Shown: positions 36,346 through 49,800 of the stretch, piece after piece
How the letters are laid out: each line of letters begins with the position of its first letter
Numbering within the stretch: position 1 is the stretch's first letter
Origin: Mytilus californianus
Taxonomy: Eukaryota
NCBI RefSeq assembly: GCF_021869535.1
Contig: NW_026262679.1
Span: 48,546,001-48,610,000 of the forward strand
Reading direction: 5' to 3'
Length of the DNA stretch: 64,000 nt
Notes under the pieces: model-generated
What the model was told of the DNA's origin: nothing
Database searches by the model: none
Seen by the model: only the letters and a program-made list of their open reading frames with translations
Made by a program: the position numbers and the translations under genes

Positions 36346-36707
36346 ATATCAGAGTAATTTACGTATATACATACATATTACTATAATACTAATCCTATTG
36401 AATTTATATATTTCGTATCTTCCAAACATGACTCTCAAAGCTCTCAGAATGCAGGAACTTGCATTTCATTTTTCAAACCCCCCTAGCTAGTTCGCACCAC
36501 GTTGCAGCGCTCACCGCTGATAGTAAATTGGTGGGACTTGTAGAATTTTCAAGGGACTTGTAAAATCTTATCAACTACAAGTCCCCCTGGCTTGTAGGTT
36601 AAAAAGTTTATTGTGTAGACTGTGCATGTCTGCTTTTAGAGACTTAGGCCAAAACTAAAATTCAAATTGTTTGAAGTTGCCTACCTACCCACCTAAAAAG
36701 TAGTCTA

Positions 36708-36896
36708 CTGTAAATTCAGAAATTATTGCGAAAAATGTGAAAGGGTTATAATCGCAATAATTTAAACTCGCATTTTGAAATTTTTTATATGAATTAAACA
36801 GGATTTTTCTCAATATCGCAAAAATTAAAATCGCATTTTAGTCTAAAATGACAAAGTCGCAATAATAAATGCACGCAATAATTTCTGAATTTACAG
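36708..36896. mobile_element. Tc1/mariner-type MITE (TA TSD; TIR CTGTAAATTCAGAAATTATTGCG)
   Basis: Perfect 23-bp TIRs flanked by TA. A diverged second copy lies at 42279-42484. Confidence 0.85.
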
Positions 36897-37917
36897 TATC
36901 TGAAAATTTTATGACACAAATTGTTTCAAATTTTTTTTAAAGATTTTTATCCTGTTCGAACATCGTTTACTTGTCTAAAACATGTTACTTATGTTGTTGG
37001 CCCAAAAAATAAATAAAATCACTACCTATACCTACCAAACCCTACATGGCATGGGTAGGCAACATCAAACAAGGAATTTTTAAAAGATGGCCTTAGGATG
37101 TCTCTCAGCTGCTTCTCTTTAAAAGTATTGAGCACACACATAAAACAAACCAACATTTTGTTAGAATATCTGAGGGGGTGGACAGGGGGGTACCCTTCTC
37201 CCACCTCCCGGGCCCCTATCTCCCACCTCCCACTTTTTAAATATGTAATAAAAATATTCCTTTATGTGCTACTTTAAGAGATAAAAGGGGTCAAATTTTA
37301 GACATTTATTCAAAATTTTGTTTTTTTGGACATTTCTATCATTTGGATAGACACACCTAACTTTTTTATTTCAACAGATAAACACAAGTGGATTTTTGTG
37401 AAAACATTATGAAAATCTTCTTTACATAAATATGCTCTTAATATGTACAACAATTTTTTGGAAATAATTAATTTTTAACAAAGTTTCAGGATTTTAGGAA
37501 GAAAACAGCATTTTTTGCGGTATATTTCTCCAATTTAAAAAAAAATCGTTGACTTTTTCATTAGAATTGGTACAAATAATCTTCATATGTAATCAAACCT
37601 TATGCCATTTTAAAAAACAGGGGTCCATGTACTCGTTTTCAAGTTAAATCAGTTTAAATCATAAAAATCAGTCGAAAAGGCATCTTTTCCTGATATGTCA
37701 CAGTTTGACGTCTCGAAAATAACATTTTACTTTAGCAACTTCATTACCTCCCCTGTAACTACATCGTATGCCCTTAAACCTTACATATTACATAAGGATT
37801 TCAGTAATTATTGGCTTGATTTAAGAAGTATTGAATGTTTGGCCCAAACAGAGACCTACCACACCTTGTCTATTTTTATAGAGAAAAATATTCCATTTCT
37901 TTTTTTTTTCCACACAG

Positions 37918-37988
37918 TGAAAGAAAAGGCAGAAGTATTAATGCAGGTGCAGCAGTTGTCAGATGTAAAAGATGAGCTCACACAACAG
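37918..37988 (+). CDS. GKAP1: GKAP1 coding exon 8
   Basis: cacag|(M)KEKAEVLMQVQQLSDVKDELTQQ|GTAGGA (compare [24 protein letters not shown]). Confidence 0.93.
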
Positions 37989-38540
37989 GTAGGACATTAC
38001 AGTAGGCTCTAATATGTACACAACTCACTGTGTACAAATCCTGTTGTCATATGTAAAAGATGAGCTCACACAACAGGTAGGACATTACAGTAGGCTTTAA
38101 TATGTACACAACTAACAGGTAGGACATTACAGTAGGCTTTTACAGTAGGCTTTAATATGTACACAACTCACAGTGTACAAATACAATTGTCAGATGTAAA
38201 AGATGAGCTCACACAACAGGTAGGACATTACAGTAGGCTTTAATATGTACACAACTCACAGTGTACAAATACAATTGTCAGATGTAAAAGATGAGCTCAC
38301 ACAACAGGTAGGACATTACAGTAGGCTTTAATATGTACAAAACTCACAGTGTACAAATACAATTGTCAGATGTAAAAGATGAGCTCACACAACAGGTAGG
38401 ACATTACAGTAGGCTTTAATATGTACACAACTCACAGTGTACAAATACAATTGTCAGATGTAAAAGATGAGCTCACACAACAGGTAGGACATTACAGTAG
38501 GCTTTAATATGTACATAACTCACAGTGTACAAATACAATT
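37956..38540 (+). repeat. 88-bp tandem repeat spanning the GKAP1 exon 8/intron 8 junction (6 full copies + 1 irregular)
   Basis: The unit ttgtcagatg...acaacag|gtaggac...tacaa starts at 37956, 38044, 38187, 38275, 38363 and 38451, with a scrambled partial copy at about 38115-38186. Confidence 0.95.
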
Positions 38541-38716
38541 GCACTTTTATCAATAATAGAAACATCAAAAAATAATTATTTGGACCTTTCTTTTAGGCAA
38601 AGCGCATTTTTACTTCTTTATAATGTGACTAGTATGAAAAGTATTTTTGTATATCATCATTATTTATAGATTATGATTTTTAAGTTCTAACATATTTTAT
38701 ATGTTTCATTTCCTAG

Positions 38717-38800
38717 GTCCAAGAATTAACAGGAGAATTAGAAAAAGAGAGATCAAAAGTACATTCATTGAAGACAGAATTGGATAAAATAAAAGGACAT
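38717..38800 (+). CDS. GKAP1: GKAP1 coding exon 9
   Basis: cctag|VQELTGELEKERSKVHSLKTELDKIKGH|GTAAGT (compare [20 protein letters not shown]). Confidence 0.94.
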
Positions 38801-39815
38801 GTAAGTCTTGTTTATTACTCAAAACATAAAATAGAAATTATGAGCTACATGAAAAACATGGTGCTCTATTAAAACTGCTATAATCCAACTGCATGAATTT
38901 GCCTGTCCAAGTTAGAATCTAATCAAAAGTCATCTTTTTTGATATTTTAATGTTTATGTTCTTAGGAAACTTTGTGATGATGACCAATCATTGATAGTTT
39001 CTTTAAATTTATGCAAAGGGGTTTTAGACTATTTTTATACTTATATTGATTGTAATTGTATATCTAAAGCATGTTATGGATTCGAGATTAGCTATTGTGC
39101 CATCATACTTAAAAATGAGAATGGAAATGGGGAATGTGTCAAAGAGACAACAACCCGACCAAAGAGCAGTAAACAGCCCCAGGCCACCAATTGGTCTTCA
39201 ACACAGCAGGAAAATCCTGTTGGCCATTAAACAAAAATGTGTACTTTTTCAGTGAAAATGGACATCACACTAAACTCAGATTCAGTATTGTTTAAAGACA
39301 TTGTATAACTTTTAAAAAAAATCTCAAAAATTAATTTCAGTCAGGATTTTGATTAAATTTTTATTGTTATTTGCAATGGAATTTTGGCCTTGGTAGCTGT
39401 CAGGTCTAAATGGTTCATCTTCAGTGTTCACTTGCTTGTCAGCACTAAGGTTGTGGGTTATAAATTCGCTGAATGCCTGATCTTTATTGACTAGGATTGC
39501 CAGTATTCCAGTCGAAGGTCATTGGTTCTCCCCAGGTACTCAGCTTCCTCCACCAATAAAAACTGGCCACCATTACAAAACTAGGTGTGATGAAAGTGTG
39601 TCAAACACCAACAATCAATGCAATCAAATGGAATCTCAGAATTTTTTTTGCAATATATACTACAGTAAAGTGTTAATTAATGTCAGGGAGACAACAACCT
39701 AACAAAAAAGTTATCAAAGTAATTAATTAGTCTATTAATTTAAATTTAATTAGTTATGATGCTTAGAGCCTACTTGTAAAGTTTAAAATGACAAATACTT
39801 TGCTTATATTTGCAG

Positions 39816-39839
39816 GGAACCAAACATAGTGGAAAGTAG
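39816..39839 (+). CDS. GKAP1: GKAP1 last coding exon (GTKHSGK*)
   Basis: ttgcag|GGA ACC AAA CAT AGT GGA AAG TAG, followed by an AT-rich putative 3' UTR (AATAAA near 41167). Confidence 0.75.
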   Translation, partial: GTKHSGK

Positions 39840-42800
39840 TAAAAAAAAAAAACAAGACTTGTGATATTGGCATTGATAAGAAAGATAATGACTTTATACC
39901 TCATACTGACATAGAATTGGGAGGTAGTCAATGTACTTATTATGACAATTGTGTTGATATTGTATGTTAAAAAGTGTTAAGATGTGAATGAGACTTAAAT
40001 TGGTGCATTTTATACTTGATTTTGTTAGACCACTAAGAATCTCCCGGCATTGAAAAGGAAATTATAAAGAAATGTGAAATTTGTCAATATCTAATACATG
40101 TTTGTTTTAAAAATGGCAAGTGGTAGAATATTTCTTTCCTTTTCTTAAGGTGATGAATGTGTTTTTTTCTTCATGTAAAAAGCATGAAAGAATGTTTTAT
40201 TCTGTATGTGTACACTACAGTTGAATGTAAACATGCTGTGTAAATACCAGTTATTTGTTATTGGACAATGTTTTTATTAATCATGACTGTACTTTTTGTA
40301 TAATTTTGTTTTTATAAAAAGCCATTGTTTTGTTTATTTGAAATGTAATTTACAGTTATGGGTGTTCCATTTTTTACATGGCCAGTTTGAACAATAGAGA
40401 TGGTACTAAAAAATATATACATGTAATATTAATTCAGAACTTTAATTCATAACTTTTGTGAAGTATTTCAAAATGAGAAAAATGTGAGAAAAAGAGTATC
40501 ACATTAATTCAAGTTCATATTTTTAGTTTTAAAAAGACAATTAGTATTAAAAAATCATATTAATTAACCTTGTGTGTTTGTACAGTGTTTAACAATCACA
40601 TGAAAATAATTCCCACAAATATTTTCGAGTCGACAGTTAATTGTTATCTTCCCATAAACTGTTTGATATCTCCTTCATTGAAATCAACATTTGCTGTAAT
40701 ACTATTTAGTTACTGTATATAATACACATTCAGTTCAGTTTTTTAAGGCAGATACTGAAAAATGGAAATGATGTGTTACTTTTAAGTTTTCCCGAGAGAA
40801 AGTGGTTAAAGCATTCATAAATGGCTTGTCTACCAATAAAGGGTGTTTGTTAACCTCTTGATGTCTTTTTGTGTTTTGTTGGGTTGTTTGGATGCTGTCT
40901 GAATGCTGTTTATCAGACATCCCCTACCATTCATACATTTGAATTTTTATTTAGAAAACAAAAGTACACTGTAATTGTTTGAAAATATTCTGTTATTCTA
41001 TTAACGTTTTATACATATTGAAATAATTTTTTTGAGAATAAGCCATGTAATAATCATTATAAATTGATCAATATTTTTTATGTTTTTATTAATGTTTTCA
41101 TGAAATGAAAGGAAAGAATTGTGTACTTGTTCTTAGTTTCCTGATAATGTTAAAATTGTTTTCATAAATAAAAAATACATAACGGTTATCTCCCCTTAGA
41201 TTGAACATAGTTAGCTCCCCTGGTTTATAACATAGATTCATTTAAAAAATAAATAAGTCTGTATTTGTGGTGTATATTTGAATTATGTCATTAAACAAGC
41301 TTACTAGGGAAATGATGCTAAATAATCATTTCCTGTATTAAAATCTTTTTAAAACAAAAACATAATGATAAGAAGTTTAAAACTAAGTGGTCAGCAAGTA
41401 TTTAAGATGGAGGCCTTTTAAAATGTGCTGAAAAGTGCCCAGTTTAACAGAAATAATCAAATAAATTCTTACATCTGTTCAAATGTTGCACCAAAATGAT
41501 TTTTAGTTTTTTAGATTTCCTTGTACCACTTTTAAGAAAATTGTTTAGAATTGTTTTCAGGGAAAAAATGAAATTCTGATTTCTTACACTTTTACCCCAT
41601 TATTGTTTCATGAAAATTCAAAGAACTTGAAATAAAAAATAATTGTGGCCTATCCATGTTACATTCATAGCTAACTTGGTCTCTGATAGTGAAATGTCCT
41701 TTATTTAATTCAAATATCGTTATGCCATTAATTATGGAGCAAGATAATGATCAGTGATAAGAAAATATTGTAAGAAAGTAAAAAATATCTTCTTCATTTG
41801 TTAATTTGTCTTTCTATAGTTTTTTTAAAATTGGTATTTTGAGTCCGATTATGAGGTTGTTTTTGTATTTTCATACATGCATTAAAGATGTTATGTAATT
41901 GTTTTTTATTCTGAAATTAAAAAAGAAAGATAAAAGAAAACACACTGGTATATAGTTAAGAAAGATGTCACGTAGAATGAAAAAGAAATATGCCGAGGAA
42001 TTATTAAAATATCAAGAACAAACCAATAGAAAACCTACCATAAAAAGAAATGTTATTTCATATATAGCAAAAATGTTGCTGAAAGCAAGGCAAAGTTTTG
42101 CAGTTTATCGAAAGTTAGTATAACTTTACAAGATCAGTTTCTGAATACTGTATTTGGTCTACAGGTAATTTATGAATGTCCATGCCATTCTTACAAGGTA
42201 ATTGTTAAAGGATTACTGTTTCCCCCCACCCCTTTTTTGCTAATGAAGTTTTGAGGTTATAAAGACATTTTCAGAGTACTGTAAATTCAGAATTTATTGT
42301 GTGCATTGATTATTTTGATTTTTGAAGAAAGGACTAAAATGTGAGGTTAATTATCGCGATTTCTAGAAATTCTGCATACAGGTATATGTTTCTGATATCA
42401 GAATGTGGGTTCTTATTATTGTGATACTCACCCAGTCACATTATTCACATTATTAAAAAACTTGCAATAATTTCTGAATTACAGTATTATGTAATATTTG
42501 GGTCTACACCAGCATTGCAATACATGCTTGAAACAAATTTAAACATTTACACAATTGTTGTCAAAAACCAAAGTAGTAAAATATTCTTTGCTAATTTCCA
42601 TGTCCATACATTTTTATGAACCTACATAATGATTTTTTGAATTATTGGTTCTCTTCCTGATTATCTATCAAATGGTTGCCACTAGACAAGAAAGACTGAA
42701 ATGGGTCAATAGAAATAAGAAGATGTGGTATGAGTGCCAATGAGACAACCTTCCATCAAAGTCACAATGTGTAAAAAGTAAACAATTATAAGTCAAAGTA

Positions 42801-43633
42801 CGGCCTTCAACAGGGAGCCTTGGCTCACACCGAACAGCAAGCTATAAAGTTCCCCAAATCTGGCAGAATTTTTGTACATCTTGAATTTCAGTATTACAAC
42901 ATACTACCAAGAAAGATAAAACAGTAAAAATGAATGTAATGGGTTTGTTAGTCCTAATGTCACTGATTGTCTCAATCATATGTTGTGCCAATTGAATTGG
43001 GAGTTAAGCTGAAACGCATATAGATGATTAAACCTTTAAAAAATGTGATATGAGTTCAGATTTTAGATGTTTTAGATTCATGTATACCCCAACTCTACAG
43101 TTGTTGAAGCAATAGAAGTATTCAGCTAACAGGAAGTATACATAGAACAGATCTGAATCACGAAATATATTTAGAAAAAAATAAAACAAAACAGGCCAAT
43201 CAGTACCGATCAATATGAAGCTTCATACCGGTATTTTATTTCAAGCAAGATTTGTAGTTGCAGAGAAAATGTAACAAAAAGGGTTACAGATGACAAATTA
43301 GAGCATAAATTGATGGACAGTGGTAAAGAAATTTGAATTTTACAGCCTTTTTTGGGGACTGTCAGAGGACATAAAATGAAGTCTTAGATAAAAGCATATA
43401 ATACAAAAAATATACACTTTTTAGCTCACCTATGCCAGCTCTTGTAATCTCCCAGTAAAGCTAAAATAGAACATGAAAGTAAAATGCATTATTTTTTTAA
43501 ACCACAGTATCTTACAAAACCATAATGGGTCGAAAAATGGTGCTCAAAATGTTAAGATTTGCCTACCTCCCATTCCACAAAGATATCGGACATCTTCTAG
43601 TGAGTAATTTAGAGTTTGGTGCCTGTTCTCTCA

Positions 43634-43824
43634 ATCTATCCAAATGACCTTGCTATAAAGGATACCCCAGATACAGTTAATCATGCCTCATATCATGACT
43701 CTCATCTAGAAACTGACGGGAGGGTCGACTGACAATTACACTTTATGACAAAAGAGATGATTTCAATTTCCCCATTGTGAACATTCCATTTCTGTGATGC
43801 AACATTCCAGCAGGACCTGCATAT
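43634..43824 (+). pseudogene. Fragment of a second Penelope-like RT family
   Basis: Translates, with one frameshift and one stop, as IYPNDLAIKDTPDTVNHASYHDSHLETDG/GRLTITLYDKRDDFNFPIVNIPFL*CNIPAGPAY, typical of the RT thumb region of Penelope-like elements. Confidence 0.75.
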
Positions 43825-45999
43825 TTCTATGAAGCGATTGATAGACTGTTGTTAACCTTTTCATCAATTTTCTATTTGACCATGGTGTTGTCTGGGGTTT
43901 TTTTTCGACTAATGATTTTGCTTGTCCACTTTGGTAACTTCTGCTTTTTTTTTTCTTTTATGTTAGACGGTTCTAGTAGACTGTTCAGGAATTAATCTAC
44001 AATATTTTATATATTATTGGCCGTTAACTTTTGGTCTTTAGCGTACCTTATATTATGCGTTTTATAACTACCACTGGGTCAGTACAGATGCTTATGGATT
44101 ATCAGTCCTCGAGAGCACCATCCACTAAGAAGACAGTGGTCCGGCATTTTCATGATTCAAATGATATCAACCTCAAGGATTGACCGGGGTATAAAAATAT
44201 AGTCCTCCATGGAATTCTCCCGCACGGCAGTTAGTAGTTAAACCTTTACCAAAGTGGGCGTTTGTTTGGCTGTGCTGGGTATATCATTTACGAAGCCACG
44301 TCAGCGAAAAGAAGACGTAAAATCTGATGCCCCGTGTAATGCAAGTGTCACGTTCTGTTAGAGAATCCTTGTAAAAACCGACAGGTGTTAGCATAAACAC
44401 GCGCGTACACAACATTCATATCACTCATTTCTTTGACCTTAGGGTGAGGGAGATTCCAGAATTATCCGCTTTTCATTATTGTCAAACTGCATAGTTTTGA
44501 GGTTTTTCACAATTTTTACTGAATTATCTTGAAGCGCTGAACAGTTCTTTGCTTGTATTCAACGCTAAAAAAATTGTGAACAAAGTGTTAGCCGTGAAGT
44601 AATTTATTCAAGTGTTTACATTGACATATTTAAAGATATTCCTAAATTCTCCATTGAATTTGCCCTTGTAGTCTTATAGGTTGAAATATTCTGCTGATTT
44701 TTTTCGTAGTGTGTTTTTGACAATAATGTTTTCTTTTATTTTCCAGCGACTTTCCCGAAACTGAAATGTCAGACATGGGCTTAGATATTTTCCGCAGTTA
44801 TCTACCTTTTAATTTGTATTTTGTGAAGATGATAAGATCGAATTGTTAGACCTTCTTTAATTGCCGCATATGCAAGTAGAATTTTACTTCTAATCAAAAT
44901 AAAGATAGTGCTTTACCCACAGTTGCAAATATTTCATGCATGTTAAGGACGAGATCAAGTTATCAATAAATACAATAGGTTGTTCATGTAATAGGGGACG
45001 ATCTGGATTAAGGACTGGAATTTTGGACTGCCAATGAAAACTACTTATACTAGTAGTAGATTGTACAGGTACAGAAATTTAGGCATGCAACAGGCCACTT
45101 GCGGACCCCTAAATGAGTTGTTGTAAGGGTTCTTAACGCACAGAGACCTTGACACTCTACACGAGGCATCGGATTTGACGTCCCCATTTTAAGTAGAAGT
45201 GTCTGCTTATTTATACATCCCGCATAACTAAACGAACGCCCCAAATTCGGAATAGGTTTTACTGTCGGTCGGAAGAAGACCAAAAGTGACCATAATTTCT
45301 ATTCCCCAGCCACCCTTGGAGATTCAAAATAAAGAAAATAGGTTATACATGTTCACTAATTGAAATTTAAAACTTGACTGTCGTATTTTGTGAGGAAAGA
45401 ATTAATTATAAAGATGACGTGTTAGATTTTAGGTATTCTACAGAGAAAAGGATATACTATATTGATAGACATAGTTCAAATTAATTATTCTTTAGGGACC
45501 AAAAACCCATTTTCAACTGACATTTTATTTCCAGAAGAACTCCTACGCTTTGATTTATGACAGCGTTTACCTTATAGAGAACGGAATTATTCCAGACAAT
45601 AATTGATTTAATAGAATTGGTTTTTGTGACATTTATCAAAATGATAATACTGTCAATGTGCAAAAGAGAGACAAAAGATACCAAAGAGATATTCAAACTC
45701 ATCAGTAGAAAACAAACTGAAAATGCCATGACAAAAAACTAAAAACAATCAAAAAACAAAAAAAAGTATACAAAACCTAAAATAGAAACCAAAGACTGAG
45801 GAACATGAACCCAACTAAAACACGAGGGTGATCTCAAGTGCTCTGGAAGGTTAAGCAGACCCTGCTCCACGTTTTCATTGCAAGGTTTTTTGCTTTCTTT
45901 TTCAAAACCAAATTGCAATATGTCATCATTGCCCACAAAGTTGAAATTGTACAATTTTATATAAATTTATGAAATGTCAAATGAAATAAAAAAAAAAAC

Positions 46000-46800
46000 A
46001 CTTTATAAATTGTATGCGTCCAACGAGCTATTCTTAATTTACCTTCACCAAAACGCTCAGAGCCAAAAAATGAAAGCCAAGGATGTATAAGTACCGAAAC
46101 ACGTTAAGAGCTACACAACCAAAAGGGATATAAAATAATATCCAACTAAGGTCAATTTTGTCTGATGGAGTTGGAACCTATCTTTCTTAATAATTTCTAA
46201 ATTTATCAAAGGAAAATTTAGGAAAAGTAGGTTATAAATCATGGTAGTACCAATGCACGGACTACAGAGCTGATGATATCTCGGGAAATGATAGTCTATC
46301 ATCAGTGGTATCGACTCAGTGCTAGAAAATGAAAACAATACTTTATAAATGAGTTTTAATAAGCGTTTGTATTTATTTACCTTCATCAGGAACGCGCAAT
46401 CCGAAAAAGTAAAGGATGTTAAAGTACCAGAACACGTTAAGAGCTATATATGAACTAAGAGACCTGCAATAATAGTCAAATCAATCTAAGTTCAACTTTG
46501 CCTGAAGAATTTAGAGCCTTATATAGTTACTTAATAATTTCTAAATTGATCTTCGGAGATTTGAAGTAAGGTATTATATAAACATTTACTACTGTCAGCT
46601 GATTGTATCCTCTAGCTGCGGTATCGACAAAGTGGTGGAAAATTAAAATAACACTTTCTAAATTGATTGCGTCCAAATGCTTTACCTTAATCAAGAACGT
46701 ACAAAAATTGAAAGCCATGGATGATAAGTATCGAAACACGTTAAGAGCTACATGTATATGACAAAAACAGGACCTAAAATAATAGCAAAATCAATCTATC
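46000..46800 (-). repeat. Degenerate trimer (about 300-330 bp units) with decayed hammerhead remnants
   Basis: cacgttaagagcta at 46100, 46433 and 46737. On the minus strand each unit has a (C)TGATGAAGGTAAA...GGACGC-like remnant; the best core is at 46382-46388. Confidence 0.55.
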
Positions 46801-46975
46801 CATTTGCATGTGTAATTGACGTCACAAGAGATTGTCTTTACGAGTATGGTAGACAGAAGTTCACACATTTTATACATTTTTGATATTATAATATTATTAT
46901 TTAGCCTATGGTGTAATATTGCAATGAAATCAAGATTTGTAAATCATTGTGTGGGATTTTAAACTGTTACAGATT

Positions 46976-48266
46976 AGGGGACGACCATTTGATATTCTGG
47001 GGGGGGGCAGGAGGATTTTGAAAATAAATAACTCAGCCTTGATAATCACAAAAATAAATGGTTTGTTCTGTGGTAGGTTGAAAATAAATAACCTGACTTG
47101 CAATGTATTAAAAATAAATAACTTGGCAGGTCTATTTGAGAGTATGAGATTGCACCAGATTCTTCATAAAATTCAACTTTTTTTTCAAAAAAAATCGGGA
47201 ATCACTTCCCAAATCTTTGAATAATAAAAGTATAAATATTATTTAAAATACTTGAAATGTCTGAAAAATGGGTTTCATTTAACTTGAGGTATATTGTCTC
47301 AGGAACACTTAACTCACTTTTATTACATATGGCAGTAACTACATTCAGGCAAATGCCTCATGTAGGAAATTTCAAAACCAAAAGCTTGTCTTCATATCAA
47401 ATTGTTTTCACGGCAAGTGTCTTGCAAGAAGCAAGTTCTGTTCTCCCTCAGACGTAGCTCCTGTTTTTTGAGGATCAATGTTTCTTATTTATTTGTCTTT
47501 TGTTCATTGATTGCCCTTCTGTATTCTGTTGGTGTTGCATTCCTTTTGTAATTTAGTAATTTTGTTATTAACTTGATCAAGAGTTTAAAAAAAAACAGCA
47601 GCCACATACTTAACTATGTGAATTAAATTTTTGCTTTATCTTTGTCTTTTGATGTTGTTCCTAAAAACTCCTAAAAAAGTCTTACACTGAATCTATACAT
47701 GTTGCTTTGAGACCAAAGTATTGTCAAAAAATGATTAAAACAGAACTTTCATTTTCAGATTAAGAAAGGGTATGGGAAACACATTTTGCATCATTAGTTC
47801 TATAGCAACTTGGGGCCTTCAGCGGCTCCAAAACCCTTCAAATTTTTTTTAGCCTCGCTCCGCTCGGCATAAATGATTTGCAATACTTTTAAAAGACACT
47901 TATTACAGCCAAACTTTAATATCTTGTATGTATGCAATACATGTATATGCAGTTGGGAATTCAGAAGATTCATTTCTACAGATGATGATGATTAATTCTG
48001 ATTAAATGGTACATAATGATTGGACTACTCATGTATTATTTATAATAAAAAATGAATTTAAAAATTGTATGTTTTCAAATATTATAAATATAGTGGTGAA
48101 AATAAATAATCAGTCCCTTGCTTTAATGAAAATGAAAAATCTTGCTTCAACAGTGCAGAAAATAGATAATCTGTCCTCTTAGTTTACAAAAATAAATAAC
48201 CGATCAAAAACAAATCCTCCTGCCCCCCCCCCCCCCCCCCCCCAGAATATCAAATGGTCGTCCCCT
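46976..48266. mobile_element. ~1.3-kb non-autonomous DNA transposon with ~45-bp TIRs
   Basis: AGGGGACGACCATTTGATATTCTG(G)n GCAGGAGGATTT occurs at both ends in inverted orientation, with subterminal AAAATAAATAAC repeats. Confidence 0.85.
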
Positions 48267-48699
48267 TACATCACTCTTTATAATTTATCACTTTCTAGGG
48301 TTTCATTAATAAATAATCCTTATAGATTATATTATAGTAATGTTATCAGATATTATTGCAAGTAGATACAAAATATTGAAACTCTACCATCGGTGTTGAA
48401 CATATTTTGTCATAAATTATGAATTCTTCAATATTGAAAAAAGATTCAATAACAGGTATTGATAATTGCGACAATTTCAAGACATTTCACTTTTCTCAGT
48501 ATATACATTACTATTTAAGATCGTTTACATTGTCTGATTACACAGTGTTTCTTCTACAAGAGTATGAATGTTACAAGTTTCTTGTTTCAAAGCGAGAAAA
48601 TATGAGTGTATTATGAACTACAGTGATGCTAACAAGAAACGTATGAATTATCAACATGCTAGACTTTATTATCGGTCGCCCTACTGTCTGTAACACTTT

Positions 48700-49800
48700 G
48701 CTCAGCTCTGACCCGGACATATCACGGACGTCATAATGAATGAACCGACGTTAATAAGTTTGACCCGAACTTACCAAGTCATCTTCCGGTTTGCTGGTGA
48801 AACAAAGAAAACACCTGTTTCTATAGAAAATATATTTAAGTTATAGATAATATATTTAAGATATGATAATGTATTAATTGTTTCGACACAATATGAAGCC
48901 TTTTGAACTCGTTCGCTGTGCTCACTCGACAAAAGGTTTCATATTGTGACTCGCAGCTGATATTTTACAATATCAATATACTGTACAGACAACCTAATAA
49001 TTGGTACTTATCGACAACATAGTTATCGATCTATAATTTCAATTTTATAAATATTGATGATGTCATACTTACCACTTTTTTTCGGTTAGTACTTTCATCC
49101 CAGTATCACTGTGAACGTGCATTTAAGAAAACTAATGCGACAAAAAGTTCTGCTTTATTTGTAGAAATTTTCCCTTGAAATTGATGCAAATTTATAACGG
49201 AAAACTACGAAATGAGTTCAGTTTAACTATTGTCAACTTTCCATCTTTTAGCAGAAAAGTACCATCACCTCAAGCCTATGTTGATTACGTATATTTGGTA
49301 TTTTTTGGATTTTACAAATAGATGAATATTCAACTTAAAAAAAAACCTTAAATTTCCACCAGAATAGGCGATAATAGTGTGGATATTAGACTAAGATTTT
49401 AAAACTCATTTGACGTCATGCGTTAACGTATACGTATGACGGAAGTGATAATATGTTGCTTTTTATTTTTGATGACCCATGTTTAAGTATTAGACAGACG
49501 ATATTAAAGACTAAGCGCTAGCTGTTGTAAGAATTGTATAATATAACAAATTTTCGTTGCATGGTCGAAAAAGACATGCATTATTAACGCCGCCGTCATT
49601 TGTGCTAAATATTGGTTGGACTGTTGGCTATTTGTCTGTACGGTATATATTTTCAGTTTCCAACACAAGAAATGAAAATATTATAACCATTTTTCTTACT
49701 ACGTACATAATAAGTAGTAGTATCTTTACTCAGATTTTTTTTTCGGATCGAGCAGCCGTTTTCACTTCCGGTTTTTTTTTGGGGGGGGGGGGGGGGGGGA
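48700..49800. promoter_or_regulatory. Promoter-like stretch with ETS/CRE-type motifs and two minus-strand splice donors
   Basis: CCGGAAG (about 48785), TGACGTCA and CGGAAGTG (about 49410-49447), ACTTCCGG (about 49763). ATG ACT TG|GTAAGT at 48782-48775 and ATG...AAG TG|GTAAGT at 49098-49073. No downstream exon identified. Confidence 0.3.

Noticed and set aside
37956-38540. CRISPR-like array
   Set aside because: The units are contiguous 88-bp copies without unique spacers, in eukaryotic intronic context with no cas genes.
41200-46000. Short 60-90 aa ORFs and isolated splice-like signals (e.g. VIYECPCHSYK near 42165-42197)
   Set aside because: No homology recognised and no consistent exon chain. 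Most overlap dispersed repeats in AT-rich DNA.
46269-46305. CTGATGA TATCTCGG GAAA TGATAGTCTATCAT C
   Set aside because: No stem II or stem I. CTGATGA pairs instead with TCATCAG as a simple hairpin within a repeat.
49065-49073. ATACTTACC resembling the U1 snRNA 5' end
   Set aside because: No U1 stem-loops or Sm site follow. It is simply the complement of a consensus splice donor.
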